This document shows positions 36,005-48,339 of a stretch of 64,000 bases of DNA, piece by piece. The first letter of the stretch is position 1; the number at the start of each line of letters is the position of its first letter. Below the pieces are notes generated by a model. The model made no database searches and was not told the origin of the DNA. It saw nothing but the letters and a program-made list of their open reading frames with translations. Both the position numbers and the translations under genes were made by a program. The stretch is from Isurus oxyrinchus. Taxonomy: Eukaryota. The DNA is taken from positions 28,520,001-28,584,000 of the forward strand of contig JANJGN010000008.1 in NCBI GenBank assembly GCA_026770705.1, in the 5' to 3' direction.

Positions 36005-38905
36005 AGATAAAAACAAAAAACTGCGGATGCTGGAAGTCCAAAACAAAAACAGAATTACCTGGAAAAACTCAGCAGGTCTGGCAGCATCGGTGGAGAAGAA
36101 AAGAGTTGACATTTTGAGTCCTCATGACCCTTCAGCAGAACTGATTGAATATTAGAAGAGGGGTGAAATATAAGCTGGTTTAAGGTGGGGGGTGGGGGGC
36201 GGGGGAGAGAAGTTGGGGTGGGTGGTGTGGTTGTAGGACTTAGCAAGCAATGATAGGAGCAGATAATCAAAAGATGTCACAGACAAAGGAACAAAGAAGT
36301 GTTGAAGGTGATGATATTATCTAAACGAATGTGCTAATTAAGAATGGATGGCAGGACACTCAAGGTACAGATCTAGTGGGGGTGGGGTGGAAAGACTAGC
36401 AGGGCATACAAGATTTTAAAATAATGGAAATAGGTGGGAAAAGAAAAATCTATATAAATTACTGGAAAAAACAAAAGGAAGGGGGAAGAAACGGAAAGGG
36501 GGTGGGGATGGAGGACGGAGCTCAAGACCTGAAGTTGTTGAATTCAATATTCAGTCTGGAAGGCTGTAAAGTGCCTAATCGGAAGATGAGGTGCTGTTCC
36601 TCCAGTTTGCGTTGGGCTTCACTGGAACAATGCAGCAAGCCAAGGACAGACATGTGGGCAAGAGAGCAGGGTGGAGTGTTAAGATGGCAAGCGACAGGGA
36701 GGTTTGGGTCATTCTTGCGAACAGACCGCAGGTATTCTGCAAAGCAGTTGCCCAGTTTACGTTTGGTCTCTCCAATGTAGAGGAGACCACATTGGGAGCA
36801 ACGAATGCAGTAGACCAAGTTGGGGGAAATGCAAGCGAAATGCTGCTTCACTTGAAAGGTGTGTTTGGGCCCTTGGACGGTGAGGAGAGAGGAAGTGAAG
36901 GGGCAGGTGTTACATCTTTTGCGTGGGCATGGGGTGGTGCCATAGTAGGGGGTTGAGGAGTAGGGGGTGATGGAGGAGTGGACCAGGGTGTCCCGGAGGG
37001 AACGATCCCTATGGAATGCCGCCAGGGGGGGTGAAGGGAAGATGTGTTTGGTGGTGGCATCATGCTGGAGTTGGCGGAAATGGCGGAGGATGATCCTTTG
37101 AATGCGGAGGCTGGTGGGGTGATAAGTGAGGACAAGGGGGACCCTATCATGTTTCTGGGAGGGAGGAGAAGGCGTGAGGGCGGACGCGCGGGAGATGGGC
37201 CGGACACAGTTGAGGGCCCTGTCAACGACCGTGGGTGGAAAACCTCAGTTAAGGAAGAAGGAGGACATGTCAGAGGAACCGTTTTTGAAGGTAGCATCAT
37301 CAGAACAGATGTGATGGAGGCGAAGGAACTGAGAGAATGAGGTGGAGTCCTTACAGGAAGTGGGGTGTGAGGAGCTGTAGTCGAGGTAGCTGTGGGAGTC
37401 GGTAGGCTTGTAATGGATATTAGTGGACAGTCTATCACCAGAAATTGAGACAGAGAGGTCAAGGAAGGGAAGGGAAGTGTCAGAGATGGACCATGTGAAA
37501 ATGATGGAGGGGTGGAGATTGGAAGCAAAATTAATAAATTTTTCCAGGTCCCGACGAGAGCATGAAGCAGCACCGAAGTAATCATCGATGTACCGGTGAA
37601 AGAGTTGTGGGAGGGGGCCGGAGTAGGACTGGAACAAGGAATGTTCCACATACCCCATAAAGTGACAGGCATAGCTGGGGCCCATGTGGGTATCCATAGC
37701 CACACCTTTTATTTGGAGGAAGTGAGAGGAGTTAAAGGAGAAATTGTTCAGAGTGAGAACAAGTTCAGCCAGACGGAGGAGAGTAGTGGTGGATGGGGAT
37801 TGTTCGGGCTTCTGTTTGAGGAAGAAGCTAAGGGCCCTCAGACCATCCTGGTGGGGGATAGAAGTGTAGAGGGATTGGATGTCCATGGTGAAGAGGAAGC
37901 GGTTGGGGCCAGGGAACTGGAAATTGTTGATATGACGTAAGGTGTCAGAGGAATCACGGATGTAGGTGGGAAGGGACTGGACAAGGGGAGAGAGAAGGGA
38001 GTCAAGATAACAAGAAATAAGTTCTGTGGGGCAGGAACAGGCTGACACAATCGGTCTACTGGGACAGTTCTGTTTGTGGATTTTGGGTAGGAGGTAGAAG
38101 CGGGCCGTCCGAGGTTGGGCAACTGTCAGGTTGGAAGCTGTGGGAGGAAGATCCCCAGAGGAGATGAGGTCAGTGACAGTCCTGGAAACAATGGCTTGAT
38201 GTTCAGTGATGGGGTCATGGTCCAGGGAGAGGTAGGAGGAAGTGTCTGCAAGTTGATGCTCAGCCTCCGCGAGGTAGAGGTCAGTGCGCCAGACAACAAC
38301 AGCACCACCCTTGTCAGCAGGTTTGATGACAATGTTGGGGTTGGACCTGAGAGAACGGAGTGCAGTAAGTTCAGAGAGAGACAGATTAGAATGGGTGAGA
38401 GGAGCAGAGAAATTGAGACGACTAATGTCACGCCGACAGTTCTCAATGAAAAGATCAAGAGAAGGTAAGAATCCAGATGGAGGGGTCCAGGTGGTGGGAG
38501 AATATTGGAGGTGGGTAAAAGGATCCGTTGAACGGGGAGAGGACTGCTGCCCAAAAAAGTGAGCACAGAGACGAAGACGGCGGAAGAAGTGTTCAGCATC
38601 GTGCCGAGCCCGATATTCATTGAGATGAGGGCGTAAGGGTATGAAACTAAGTCCTTTGCTGAGCACTGAACGTTCAGCGTCGGAGAGGGGAATGTCAGGG
38701 AGTATAGCGAATACACGGCCGGGGCTGGGATTGGAAGATGGGGTGGGGACGGAGGACAGGCAGGGGTGGAGGGTCCTAGATGCGTGTTGGTGTCGATGAG
38801 TTGTTGGAGCTTGCGTTCCTTAGCACTTGAGAGAAAGAGAAAAAGTTTCTTGTTGAGGCGTCGGATGAGACGAAGAATAAAATGAAACTGGGGGCACACG
38901 CAGCT
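36005..38905 (-). mobile_element. Penelope-like retroelement, 5'-truncated (RT + GIY-YIG endonuclease + 3' tail with hammerhead motif)
   Basis: RT motifs IVIKPADKGGAVVVW, FYLLPKIHK, FTMDIQSLYTSIP, YIDD (37245-38666); GIY-YIG NLVYCIRCSQCGLLYIGETKRKL..GTLQPSRLN (36522-36851); linker CPRKRCNTC. One in-frame TGA at 37245-37247 and one frameshift near 38740. Confidence 0.93.
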
Positions 38906-40281
38906 TTGAAGTACTGTCCTTAAGGTGAATCTGCTTTCTATAATTTAAATCTATGCTTATTTTTGCCCGTTCAATATTCAAACATCTACTTTAAACATTT
39001 CTGGGTGTAAGTGGTATCAAATTGGAGTGAGTTTTTTACTTTGATCACTGGCATTCCCAATCCGCCACTGTGCTTGGTGCAGCATATTCTAATTGTTTTT
39101 GAAACAAATTGTGGAGTGAATGTGCCACAGGAGAATCAGAGCATATAATGGGCTTCATTGCCAATATTGCCTTTGCAGCAAATGGTTTTTAAAAGTTGCT
39201 CAGTTCTAGTTGTAAAATTGCATTTCTGATTTACTCAGTATGAAATGCCTTCTAAGAAAGAGCCTTCGTTTTTGTAATTCTTCCGTCTCTCCAAACTTTT
39301 ACTTCCCACCCCTGTAGTCTGCTCCTCTCCACTCCTCCATGCAGTAAATTACCTGACTATTCAACAATTCTGTTGACCCTCTCTCCCCCATGTTCAACCC
39401 CCTTCTCTCCCCCCGGTTCTGTTCCCCGATTCCCCTGCAGGTTATTTCTAAATATCTCTGCTTTTTATACTAGAACAAGCTTCAAATCAACTGTTCGTAA
39501 AGGTATTTTAGAAAGAGTTGTGGAAAACCTGTTCTTACATTTAACAGAACTGTAGTGCAAATTGGCCAAAGGATCACAACATTCCTGGAGTTACCCTGGA
39601 GTCCCAAAGCTTGGATCGAGATTGATGTCTGGTTAAAGCAGTCGATCGAGCTGCACTAATTTGCGAGGAATCAGTCGCACTGTCTGACTAGCCCGAGGGA
39701 AGTGTGGCTGGCGGAGAAGCGCACAGCTGTACAAGTCATTCTGTTTGTAAATGTGCTGTGGAAAGTGGTGTGGAAATGAAGCAGCTCCTCGTCTCTCCTG
39801 CCGATCACAGTGAAATTATTCATCAAGAGTCCCTGCATTATTTCACTGCAAGCAACAAGGTTACAGTTCAAAGATCAGGCAAATTAAGGAATGAAATAAA
39901 AGATACAACAATACATTTTTTAAAAATCTCTAGAGCACTTAGGGTTCCAAAATGAATAGGAAAACAAGCAGGAAAAGCACAGCACAGTGGAATGTATCTT
40001 GCATAAGGAATAGGTGCCAGAAAGCGATTACTAATTTTTAAAATTGATGCTTTATGTACAAACTGTTTTGTGTGATAATACCGAGGCACATTATCATTGG
40101 TTATGTTAGCTCATCATTTAGTGTGCCATTGTGGAGATTGTGAGGCGGAACAAGCAATTAAACAAACATACTGTGATTAACAAAAAAACAACACTTCAGT
40201 AATGGCAAAATGAGTTATCAGTGAGTCACAGTTACTGAGTTGTATTGTTATTGACCTGAATAGCTGACCCTCACCCAAAAT

Positions 40282-40541
40282 AGGGGAGGCGATGGTGTAG
40301 TGATATTGTCGCTGGGCTAGTAATCCAGATACCCAGGGTAATGATGGGATTCAAACCCTGGGGACCCGGCAGATGGTGGAATTTGAATTCAATAAAAACT
40401 CTGGAATTAAAAGTCTAATGAAACCATTGCCGATTGTGAAAAAAACCCATCTGGTTCACTAATGTCCTTTAAAAGGAAATCTGCCATCCTTACCTGGTCC
40501 AGCCTACGTGTGACTCCAGACCCACAGCAATGGTTGACTCT
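40282..40541 (+). mobile_element. tRNA-derived SINE
   Basis: ggggaggcgatggtgtagtg..ctagtaatccaga head; same core as 25200-25610. Confidence 0.75.
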
Positions 40542-41828
40542 TGTCGGTTTTGATGTGCTCTTGCCACAATGGGGACTGTTCTGGGCAAGTTGATTTCCTG
40601 GAAAACCTGGGAACAGCCTCTTCCAAAAATGTCTGCAAATATGTTCTGATGCTCTTTACTGTTGCTTCATTAGCTTTTAGAGTATGATTTTTTTTTTTGC
40701 CTGCTGATTTTTTGCACAATCCAAATATTTTGAAAATGGGGGAATGTCATTTTTAGGAGTGGAATATTTGGCCACTCAGCACCAGTCATTTGCAGCAATT
40801 GCTTGTATTGTAGCTCAAGCATAGGTAAATTGCTGGATAAAGTTCCTTCTGCAGGCTGTTTCAACCATGTCCCTGAAGACCAACTCGGCCGCACTTGCAT
40901 GATATTTCCATTCCTACTTCAACTCTCCATGCAGTAACTGAGAGAGGCTTATAATTCAGTTGCACATTTGCCTTTTCAATTCATCCAAATTTCACCAAGT
41001 TTATTTCATTTAGGCCCCTTCTAGCCCACAGAGAAGGGAGATTTTCACCTGATCCAGTTCAAGCTAGATTGGAACACACATTTCCAGGGGTAGAAAGCTA
41101 GTATCCTAATGACAATCATATCTAGTCTTCAAGTGATAATCCCTTTCAATCTGAAATAACGGGAAATTGATCTTAACCCCGCTTTCCTTTCTTCTCCCTG
41201 TGTCCCTTGCCTGTTTTCTTCAGGAACATATTCAGTTACTTCTCGAGCTTATTTCTAATATTTCCTTCAATGGCTTCTCCTAATACCTCACGTATTAGGT
41301 AATTTTTACCTAACTCACCCTGTGGCATCAGATCATCTGCCTATTTTATACCCTGCCCAGCAGAAAATAAAATCAGGTGGAGTGTAAAGCAGAAGGCCAA
41401 CCAGATCAACCTCTTCAGTTTCTCACCAGGTGGGTTAGGTTAATACCTGCAATCCCAACCCCATAAATGTGTACTACCTTCTTGTGTTGACTAATTCTGT
41501 CAGAGCTCCCCATTTTCCTCCCAATTTTCAAAGTTTCTTCAAAACGTGAAGGGAGAATGTGTACTCTGCACAAGGTACAACCAATTCTCGCCCCTCAGCC
41601 CCAAATGTTCAAGGTAGCAATCACTTCACTACTATCAATTTCCGCATTTAGGCTGTTATCCACATGATACTTTGCCGGTAAAAGGCAAGGTCAGGACAAT
41701 AGAGAAAACAGATCTGTGTGAATACAGTGGTGATCCTCTTATATCTGCAGTTCCTTGTTCTTTTGCTGTTAACCTGTCAAATATATGGGCTGGAAGTTAC
41801 TCCCGTTTTCCACTCCTTATTTTCATAG

Positions 41829-42034
41829 GGACTGTCGCTGTTAAAAACAGCAGCATTGATTTGGGAGACGTGGATATTGGCCGAAGGGTGTCACAGGAAG
41901 TACCTCCAGGAGTCTTTTGGAGATCCCAATTATATATCGAGCGGCCACAGTTCGTCAAGTTTAATGTTTCTCTGGGAAAGGATGCACTTTTTGGTTTATA
42001 CATAAGGAAAGGGCTTCGTCCTTCACACACTCAG
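41829..42034 (+). CDS. TENM2: Teneurin-2 coding exon (N-terminal ectodomain, Ig/C2-like region before the EGF repeats)
   Basis: [69 protein letters not shown]; GKDALFGxYIR fits TENM2 better than TENM1/3/4. Acceptor ttttcatag, donor CAG|GTAAGG; phase 1/0, compatible with both neighbouring exons. Confidence 0.95.
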
Positions 42035-42169
42035 GTAAGGATGCTGATCAAAGTGTCAAAATTTCATATTTCAATTTATTCTATTTTTTTGGTTGTTGTT
42101 ATTTGAAGAAGAGTTGGTATTGAAATTTCTGAATTCATAACAGCAGACCTGAGTGAGAATAATGCATGA

Positions 42170-42830
42170 CACTGAGGAAACAGTGACAGGGAATGCATTT
42201 GGTGCTGTGAAAACAGTGGTTGGGAGCTTGTTTGCTATTGTCAGGATAATGTTGAGGAATACACTTGCTAATTTTGGAACAGTGGTGTGAAGCAAGCTCA
42301 CGCCTCTGTGCACAGTGGTAAGGGGTACTTATGAGAGTCAGGATAATAGTGAGGAGTGCACTTAGTGGATAGGAATACACTTGCTAGCCTCAGAATAACA
42401 GAAGAGTTCACTTGCTGCAGCGGGAAAAGTGAAGAGGAGCTCATTTGCAAATAAAGACACTGGCGAAGAACACATTTGCTGCGGGCATACTGATGAAGAT
42501 CAAGGCAATTGTGGGAATAATGATGAACAGCATGCCTGCTTTTCTCAAGATAGTTAAAGGGGTGTGCTTGCTGTGGGGCCAATAATGTTTGCTGATCTTG
42601 GTAAAGGTAAGGAGGATCTTTGCTGCAAAGAACTATTATGAGGTGCTTGCTTGCTGCCGTTGGAGCAATGATAAAGTGTGCACTTGCTGCTCACAGGACA
42701 TGTACAAGCACTTGCTGCAGGGACACTGATGAGGAGAACGCTTGCAGCCACCGGGCTTGTCATGAGGCACTTGCTTGCTGTCGTGGGAACAGTGGATGTT
42801 TGCTGACAGACAGACGACAAATGGAAGCTG
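42170..42830. repeat. Degenerate minisatellite (motif ~gaggannncacttgctg...rataatg)
   Basis: cacttgct/gcttgctg motif recurs roughly every 25-45 nt. Confidence 0.6.
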
Positions 42831-43179
42831 TCTCACTTTGTCAGGAGGAGGCTAGAAGAGTGCAGTCATTTCTGTCACTATGTTCTGCAACTTTAGAAAG
42901 GAAACAAGCTACCATTTAGTGTGACATTCTGGCATTATTGCATGAACGCATGGGTGAAGCTTTAAATGTGTGAGTATTCAACTCAATAAATGAGATCTGA
43001 CAAGACTGCTCATTACACATAAATAATGTCTTGCTCTTCTGCACCACAGAATCTCAGTCCTGAAAACTGTTATAAATCCAGTTGTTTGCTTAAAAATCCA
43101 GCAACTCTTAGAAGCTGCAGATTAAGATTTCATTAAGGTACCTCTCATAGGTGTTCTAACATGTAATAGGGGTAAGGAG

Positions 43180-46100
43180 AGAGTGCGAAGAGGACCCTGG
43201 GGCAGGCAATCAACAGCACCTAGAGGAGAGTGCGAGAGGAGGACCCTAAGCCAGGCAGTCAGCAGCACCTAACCACCTAGCATCACAGGAGAAACATAAG
43301 TTAATTGGTTGGTGAGAAACTGCTGTTAGAGAGTGTCATCAAGTAGCTGAGAATTAGAAAAACAGAAGCAAAAAGGAAATGGGTGACCGCCAGGCAATCC
43401 AAGAAAATTAGGCAAGTAATGTAGGAATCCCCTGGGGTCCTGCTCACCAATTGGTTTTCCGTTTTGGATAACAGTAAGGGCGTTGGTTCCTCGAAGGAGT
43501 GCGGTCAGATCCAAGTTTGTGATGCCATAGGCAGCTCTGCTGTACAAGAGGGGAGAAAGAAGGGGGAAAGAGCAGAATTAATAGGAGATTCATTAGTTAG
43601 GGGAACAGACAGGTGTTTCTGTAGCCATAGACGTGACTCCAGGATGGTATGCTGCCTCCCTGGTGCCAGGGTCAAGGATGTCACGGAGCGGCTGCAGGAC
43701 ATTCTTCTGGGGGAGGGTGATCAGCCAGAGGTCAAAGTCCACCTTGGTGGCAATGACTTAGGTAAGAAAGGTGATGAGGTCCTGAAATCAGACTTTAGGG
43801 AGCTAGGGAGGAGATTGAAAAGCAGGACTTCTAAAGCAGTAATCTCAGGATTACTCCCAGTCCCACGTGCAAGCAAGTATAGAAATATGAAAATTGAGTG
43901 ATTGAACACGTGGCTGGAAAGCTGGTGTAGGAGGGAGAGCATCAGATTTCTGAGGCTTTGGGACTGGTTCTGGGGAAGGGGGGACCTGTCCAAGCCGAAC
44001 AGTCTACGCCTGAACAGGACTAGAATGAATATGCTCGCAGGGAGATTTGCTAGTTCTGCTGTGGGAAATTTAAACTAGATTGGCAAGGGCGATGGGAACC
44101 TGAGAACAAATTCAGAGCAGGGAACAGGAGATGGAGAATTAGTGAGTGACTCTGAAAGAGGCAGCACAGGTTAAAAAGTGTACAGCACAGGAATTTGGCA
44201 GTGTTAAAAGGTATATATGTAAATGCAAGAAGCGTAGTAAATAAAGCTGATGAGCTGAGGGCACAGATAGACAAATGGAAGCACAATATCATTGCCATAA
44301 TGGAAACTTGACTTAAGGAGGGGCAAAAATTACAGCTGAACATGCCTGGGTATAGAGTTTTCAGGCAGGATAGGGAGGGGGATAAAAATGTTGGGGGTGT
44401 ACATTACTGGTTAAAGAAACAATTGCAGCTGTGAGGAGCAATGATATACTAAATGAAGCATCAAATTAGGTCATATGGGTTGAGCTCAGAAATAAACAAG
44501 GGTCAATCACACTGCTAGGAGTGTAGTATAGACCCCCAAATAGTGGAAGGGAGTTAGAAGAGCAAATATGTAGACAGATTTCTGAGTGCAAAAACAATAG
44601 GGCAGTAATCACTGGGCACTTCAACAATCCTAATATCAATTGGAATACGATGAATGTGAAAGGCACTGAAGGTGCAAAATTCTTGAACTGCAGTCAAGAG
44701 AAATTTTTTAACCAGCATGGAACAAGCCCAATGGGAGGTGGTGCAATCAATTCTCAATTTAGTCTTAGGAAATGAAGCTGGGCAAGTGGATGAAGTAGCA
44801 GTGGGGGACCATTTTGGAGATAGTGACAAAAATATAGTTAGATTTAGCATCATTGTGGAAAAGGACAAAGATAGAACTGGAGTAAAAGTTCTAAACTGGG
44901 GGAAGACAAATTTTACAAAGCTGAGAAGTGACCTGGCAAAAGTGGACTGGATACAGCAATTAGAAGGAAAAGCTGTATCAAATCAGTGGGAGGCAATCAA
45001 AGGTGAGATTCTATGGGCACAGTGTAGACATGTCCCCACAAACAAAAAGGGTGGTACTGCCAAATCTAGAGCCCCCTGGTTATTCAGAAGCATACAAGTC
45101 AAGTTAAAGTAGAAAAAGAAAGCTTATGACAGTCACAAAAGATCTAATACTGTAGAAAGCCTAGAGGAGTATAGAAAGTATAGGGGTGAAGTAAAAATAG
45201 AAATTGGCAGGTAAAATCAAAGAAAATCCTAAGATATTTTACCAGTACTTTAAGAACAAGAGAATAACTAATGAAAAGATAGGGCCTATCAGAGATGTAC
45301 ATGGTAATGTGTGGACTGATGTAGAAGTGGGCAGAGTACTTTGTTTCTGCCATCACTAAGGAGAGGGATGATGCAGACATTCTCGTTAAAGAGGCAGATT
45401 GTGAAATATTAGATACAATAAACATAGTGAGAGAAGGAGTACTGGAAAGACTGGCACCCTTGAAGGTGGATAAATCACCAGGGCCAGATGGATTGTATCC
45501 CAGGCTGTCGAAGGAGGCCAGGGAGGAAATAGCAAATGCTAAAACGAGGATCATTTTCCAATACTCAATAGATGCAGGCGAGGTCCCAGAGGATTGAAGG
45601 TCTGCAAACGTTGTATCATTATTTTAACATGGTGCGAGGGATAGGCCAGAAAATTATAGGCCGGTCAGTCTGACTTCGGTGGTGGGCAAATTATTGGAAA
45701 CAATTGTGAGAGACAGGATAAACTGTCATCGAGGAAGACACAGGTTGATCAGGGATAGCCAGCATGGTTTTGTTAGGGGAAGATCGTATCTTACTAACTT
45801 AATAGAATTTTTTTGAGCAAGTAATAAGGAGGATTGATGAGGGTAGTGCAGTGGATGTTGGGCAGAATTTTTTGCTGAGCATGCAGGCGTGTGCCCTACC
45901 TGCTCGAGCATGAAATAGCCCGTGATGATGTCAGACGACCATCCCGAAGTCATCGCGCACTCGCGGGATATTTCAGTTGGTGGGCACGCGCTAAACCCGT
46001 AGGCACGCCAGCCAACAATTAAGAGGGCAATTAAGCCCATTAACGGCACAATTAACAGAGATTTCTCGTTGCCCATCCAATGTTATGGTTGGCGGGCAGA

Positions 46101-47651
46101 CAGATAGGCCAGATGGCTTGTGCATTTTTCAGGAAATCTCATTACGGGTGGGATGAGGTTTCCGTTATTAAACAAAACGTAAAATAAAACTGTAAGGACA
46201 TAATTTTCAACATTTATGTGTTCAAGTGACTGATTCTGATGCATGGATATTTTTTTCTGCATTTTGAAATCTTTCATCATTAATTTTAAATTCTTCAACT
46301 CCCGGAGGCAGCTCTCTGCCTTAAGGAAGCTATTATTCCATGCTCCACCACACCCATGCTTACGTCAGTGCCCCGCCCTTGTCGCGTCCCTATCCCGGCA
46401 GCACTGAGCATTTCAGTGCCCCTTTCACACTGGCTGACCAATAATTGGCCCGTCAATGTGAAATCGCGATTCTGCCCGTTGTCTACATGGATTTCAGTAA
46501 GGCATTTGGCAAGGTCCCACATGGCAGACTAGTCAGGAAAATGAGATCTCATGGGGTACAGGGGAAGGTGGCAGGTTGAATCCAAAATTGGCTCAGTGAC
46601 AGGAAACAGAAGGTAATAGTCGTTGGATGTTTTTGTGAATGGAAAACGGCTTCCACTGGTGTTCCACAGGGCTGTGTTGGGGCCCTTGCTGTTTGTTGTA
46701 TATATTAATGATTTAGACTTAAATGTGGGAGGCATGATTAGGAAATTTGCAGATGACACAAAAGTTGGTCGTGTGGTTGATAGTGAAGGTGATAGCTATT
46801 GTCTCTAGAATGATATGAATGGTTTGGTTGAGTGGACAGAGAAGTGGCAAATGGAATTCAATCTGAAAAAGTGTGAGGTACTGCGTTTGAGGAGGGCAAA
46901 AAAGCAAGGGGATACTCAATAACTGGGAAGTTTTTGAGAGGGGTTGAGGAAATGAGAGACCTTGGAGTGCATGTCCACATGTCCTTGAAGGGGGCAGGGC
47001 AGCTGGACAAGGTGGTCAAGAAAACACATGGAATGCTTTTTTTATTGGGTGAGGTATTGAATACAAAAGCAGGGATGTAATGATGGAACTGAATAAAATG
47101 CTGGCTAGGCCACAGATGGAATTTTGTGTACAGTTCTGGCCACCACATTACAGGAAGAACATAACTGCTCTGGAGAGAGTACAGAGGGGATTTACAGGAA
47201 TGTTGCCAGGCAACTATGAGGAGAGATTGGATAGGCTAAGGTTGTTTTCCTTAGAACCGAGAGGCTAAGGGAGGTGTACAAGGGAGGGGCCTAGATCGGG
47301 TAGACAGGAAAGACTTGTTTCCCCTAACTGAGGGGTCAGTTATCAGGGGGAAGAGATTTAAGGTGATTGGTGGAAGGATTAGAGGACCTGAGGAAAATAT
47401 TTTTCACCCAGAGGGTGGTGGGGTCCGGAATTCACTGCTTGAATTGTTGGTTGAGGCTGAAACGCTCAACTCATTTAAAAGGTACCTGGATCTGCATCTG
47501 AATTGCTGTAACCTGCAAGGCAGGCTATGGACCAGGTCCTGGAACGTGAGATTAAAATGAGAGGCTATTTGCTTTTTTTCTGTTTTTGGCTGGTTGCAGA
47601 CACGATGAGCTGAATGTCCTCTCCCTGCACTGTAACTTTTCTATGGTTTCT
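43180..47651 (+). mobile_element. Near full-length decayed CR1 LINE (ORF1 SGNH esterase, ORF2 APE + RT), interrupted by a MITE
   Basis: ORF1 LIGDSLVRGTDRCF..MVCCLPGARVKDV..HLGGNDLG; APE fragments (GVxYRPP, ILNLVLGNE, GDSDKNIVRF); RT fragments (NYRPVSLTS, QHGF, AVDVVYMDF, FADDTK); 3' tail; many stops. Confidence 0.9.
45860..46477 (+). mobile_element. MITE family A copy inserted in the CR1 RT
   Basis: TIR gggcagaat...attctgccc with 3-bp TSD GTT; removing it restores CR1 gtggatgttgtctacatggattt (VDVVYMDF). Confidence 0.85.
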
Positions 47652-47754
47652 AGGAGTGTCAGCCCAAGGAGAGATTTGTAAACATGGGGAGGGAGGCAAA
47701 ACAAAATGTTTTAATCAAAACTATAGAAAGTGTTTTTGAACACTTTACAGTAAA

Positions 47755-47945
47755 AAAAGATAGACTTGCATTTACATAACACCTTGCTTCGCCTCAGGAC
47801 ATCCCAAAGTACTTTACAGCTAAGGAAGCACTTTTGACATCCATTGTACTATAGATATGCAGCAGCAAATTCATGCACAGCAAGCCACCACAAACGGTTG
47901 TGTGATAGTGACCAGATAATCTGGTTTTGGTTGTTGATCGTGCTA
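47755..47945 (-). mobile_element. Deu-domain SINE 3' fragment
   Basis: Reverse complement of the tail and Deu core of 51915-52357 (gaccagataatctg, aggacatcccaaag). Confidence 0.65.
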
Positions 47946-48117
47946 ATACTGCAGGCTGGAAAGTCTATTGTATATCTAAGCCCTTTATCTTCTCCACGCT
48001 TCTATAAAGCACTAACTCCTGCTGAGGCACAGGTCCACATCTGCTGGAACTCTTCTGGTGCTTTGAGGTGACATTCTTCATGTGCGAGTGTAACCCTCGA
48101 CAGTGAACACTGACAGC

Positions 48118-48254
48118 AATTCTGTCGAAGGGTCATGAGGACTCGAAACATCAACTCTTTTCTTCTCCGCCGATGCTGCCAGACCTGCTGAGTTTTTCCA
48201 GGTAATTCTGTTTTTGTTTTGGATTTCCAGCATCCGCAGTTTTTTGTTTTTATC
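48118..48254 (+). mobile_element. Penelope 3' tail with hammerhead motif
   Basis: ctgtcgaagggtcatgaggactcgaaacatcaact...ccagcatccgcagttttttg; near-identical to the 36 kb element tail. Confidence 0.85.
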
Positions 48255-48339
48255 ACAGGATTTTCAAAGGAATGGACAAAACGGCACACTCGCTGTCCAT
48301 GACGGGTGGGCTTTGGAGGCTGGAGGGCAAATAGGGGGT

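Noticed and set aside
37245-37247. In-frame TGA in the Penelope ORF as possible selenocysteine or readthrough recoding (reported for Naiad PLEs)
   Set aside because: The context FLN*GFP corresponds to an expected Arg (NRGF), so CGA-to-TGA CpG decay is simpler. It is not a Cys position, I saw no SECIS, and the copy also has a frameshift.
36848-37705. 285-aa overlapping ORF
   Set aside because: Alternative frame of the C-rich Penelope coding strand; Ser/Pro/Thr-biased with no domain.
40282-40360. tRNA gene
   Set aside because: Degenerate tRNA-like SINE head continuing into a SINE body; no complete cloverleaf.
42170-42830. CRISPR-like repeat-spacer array
   Set aside because: Vertebrate intron; repeats are short and degenerate, the intervening segments resemble each other, and there are no cas genes.
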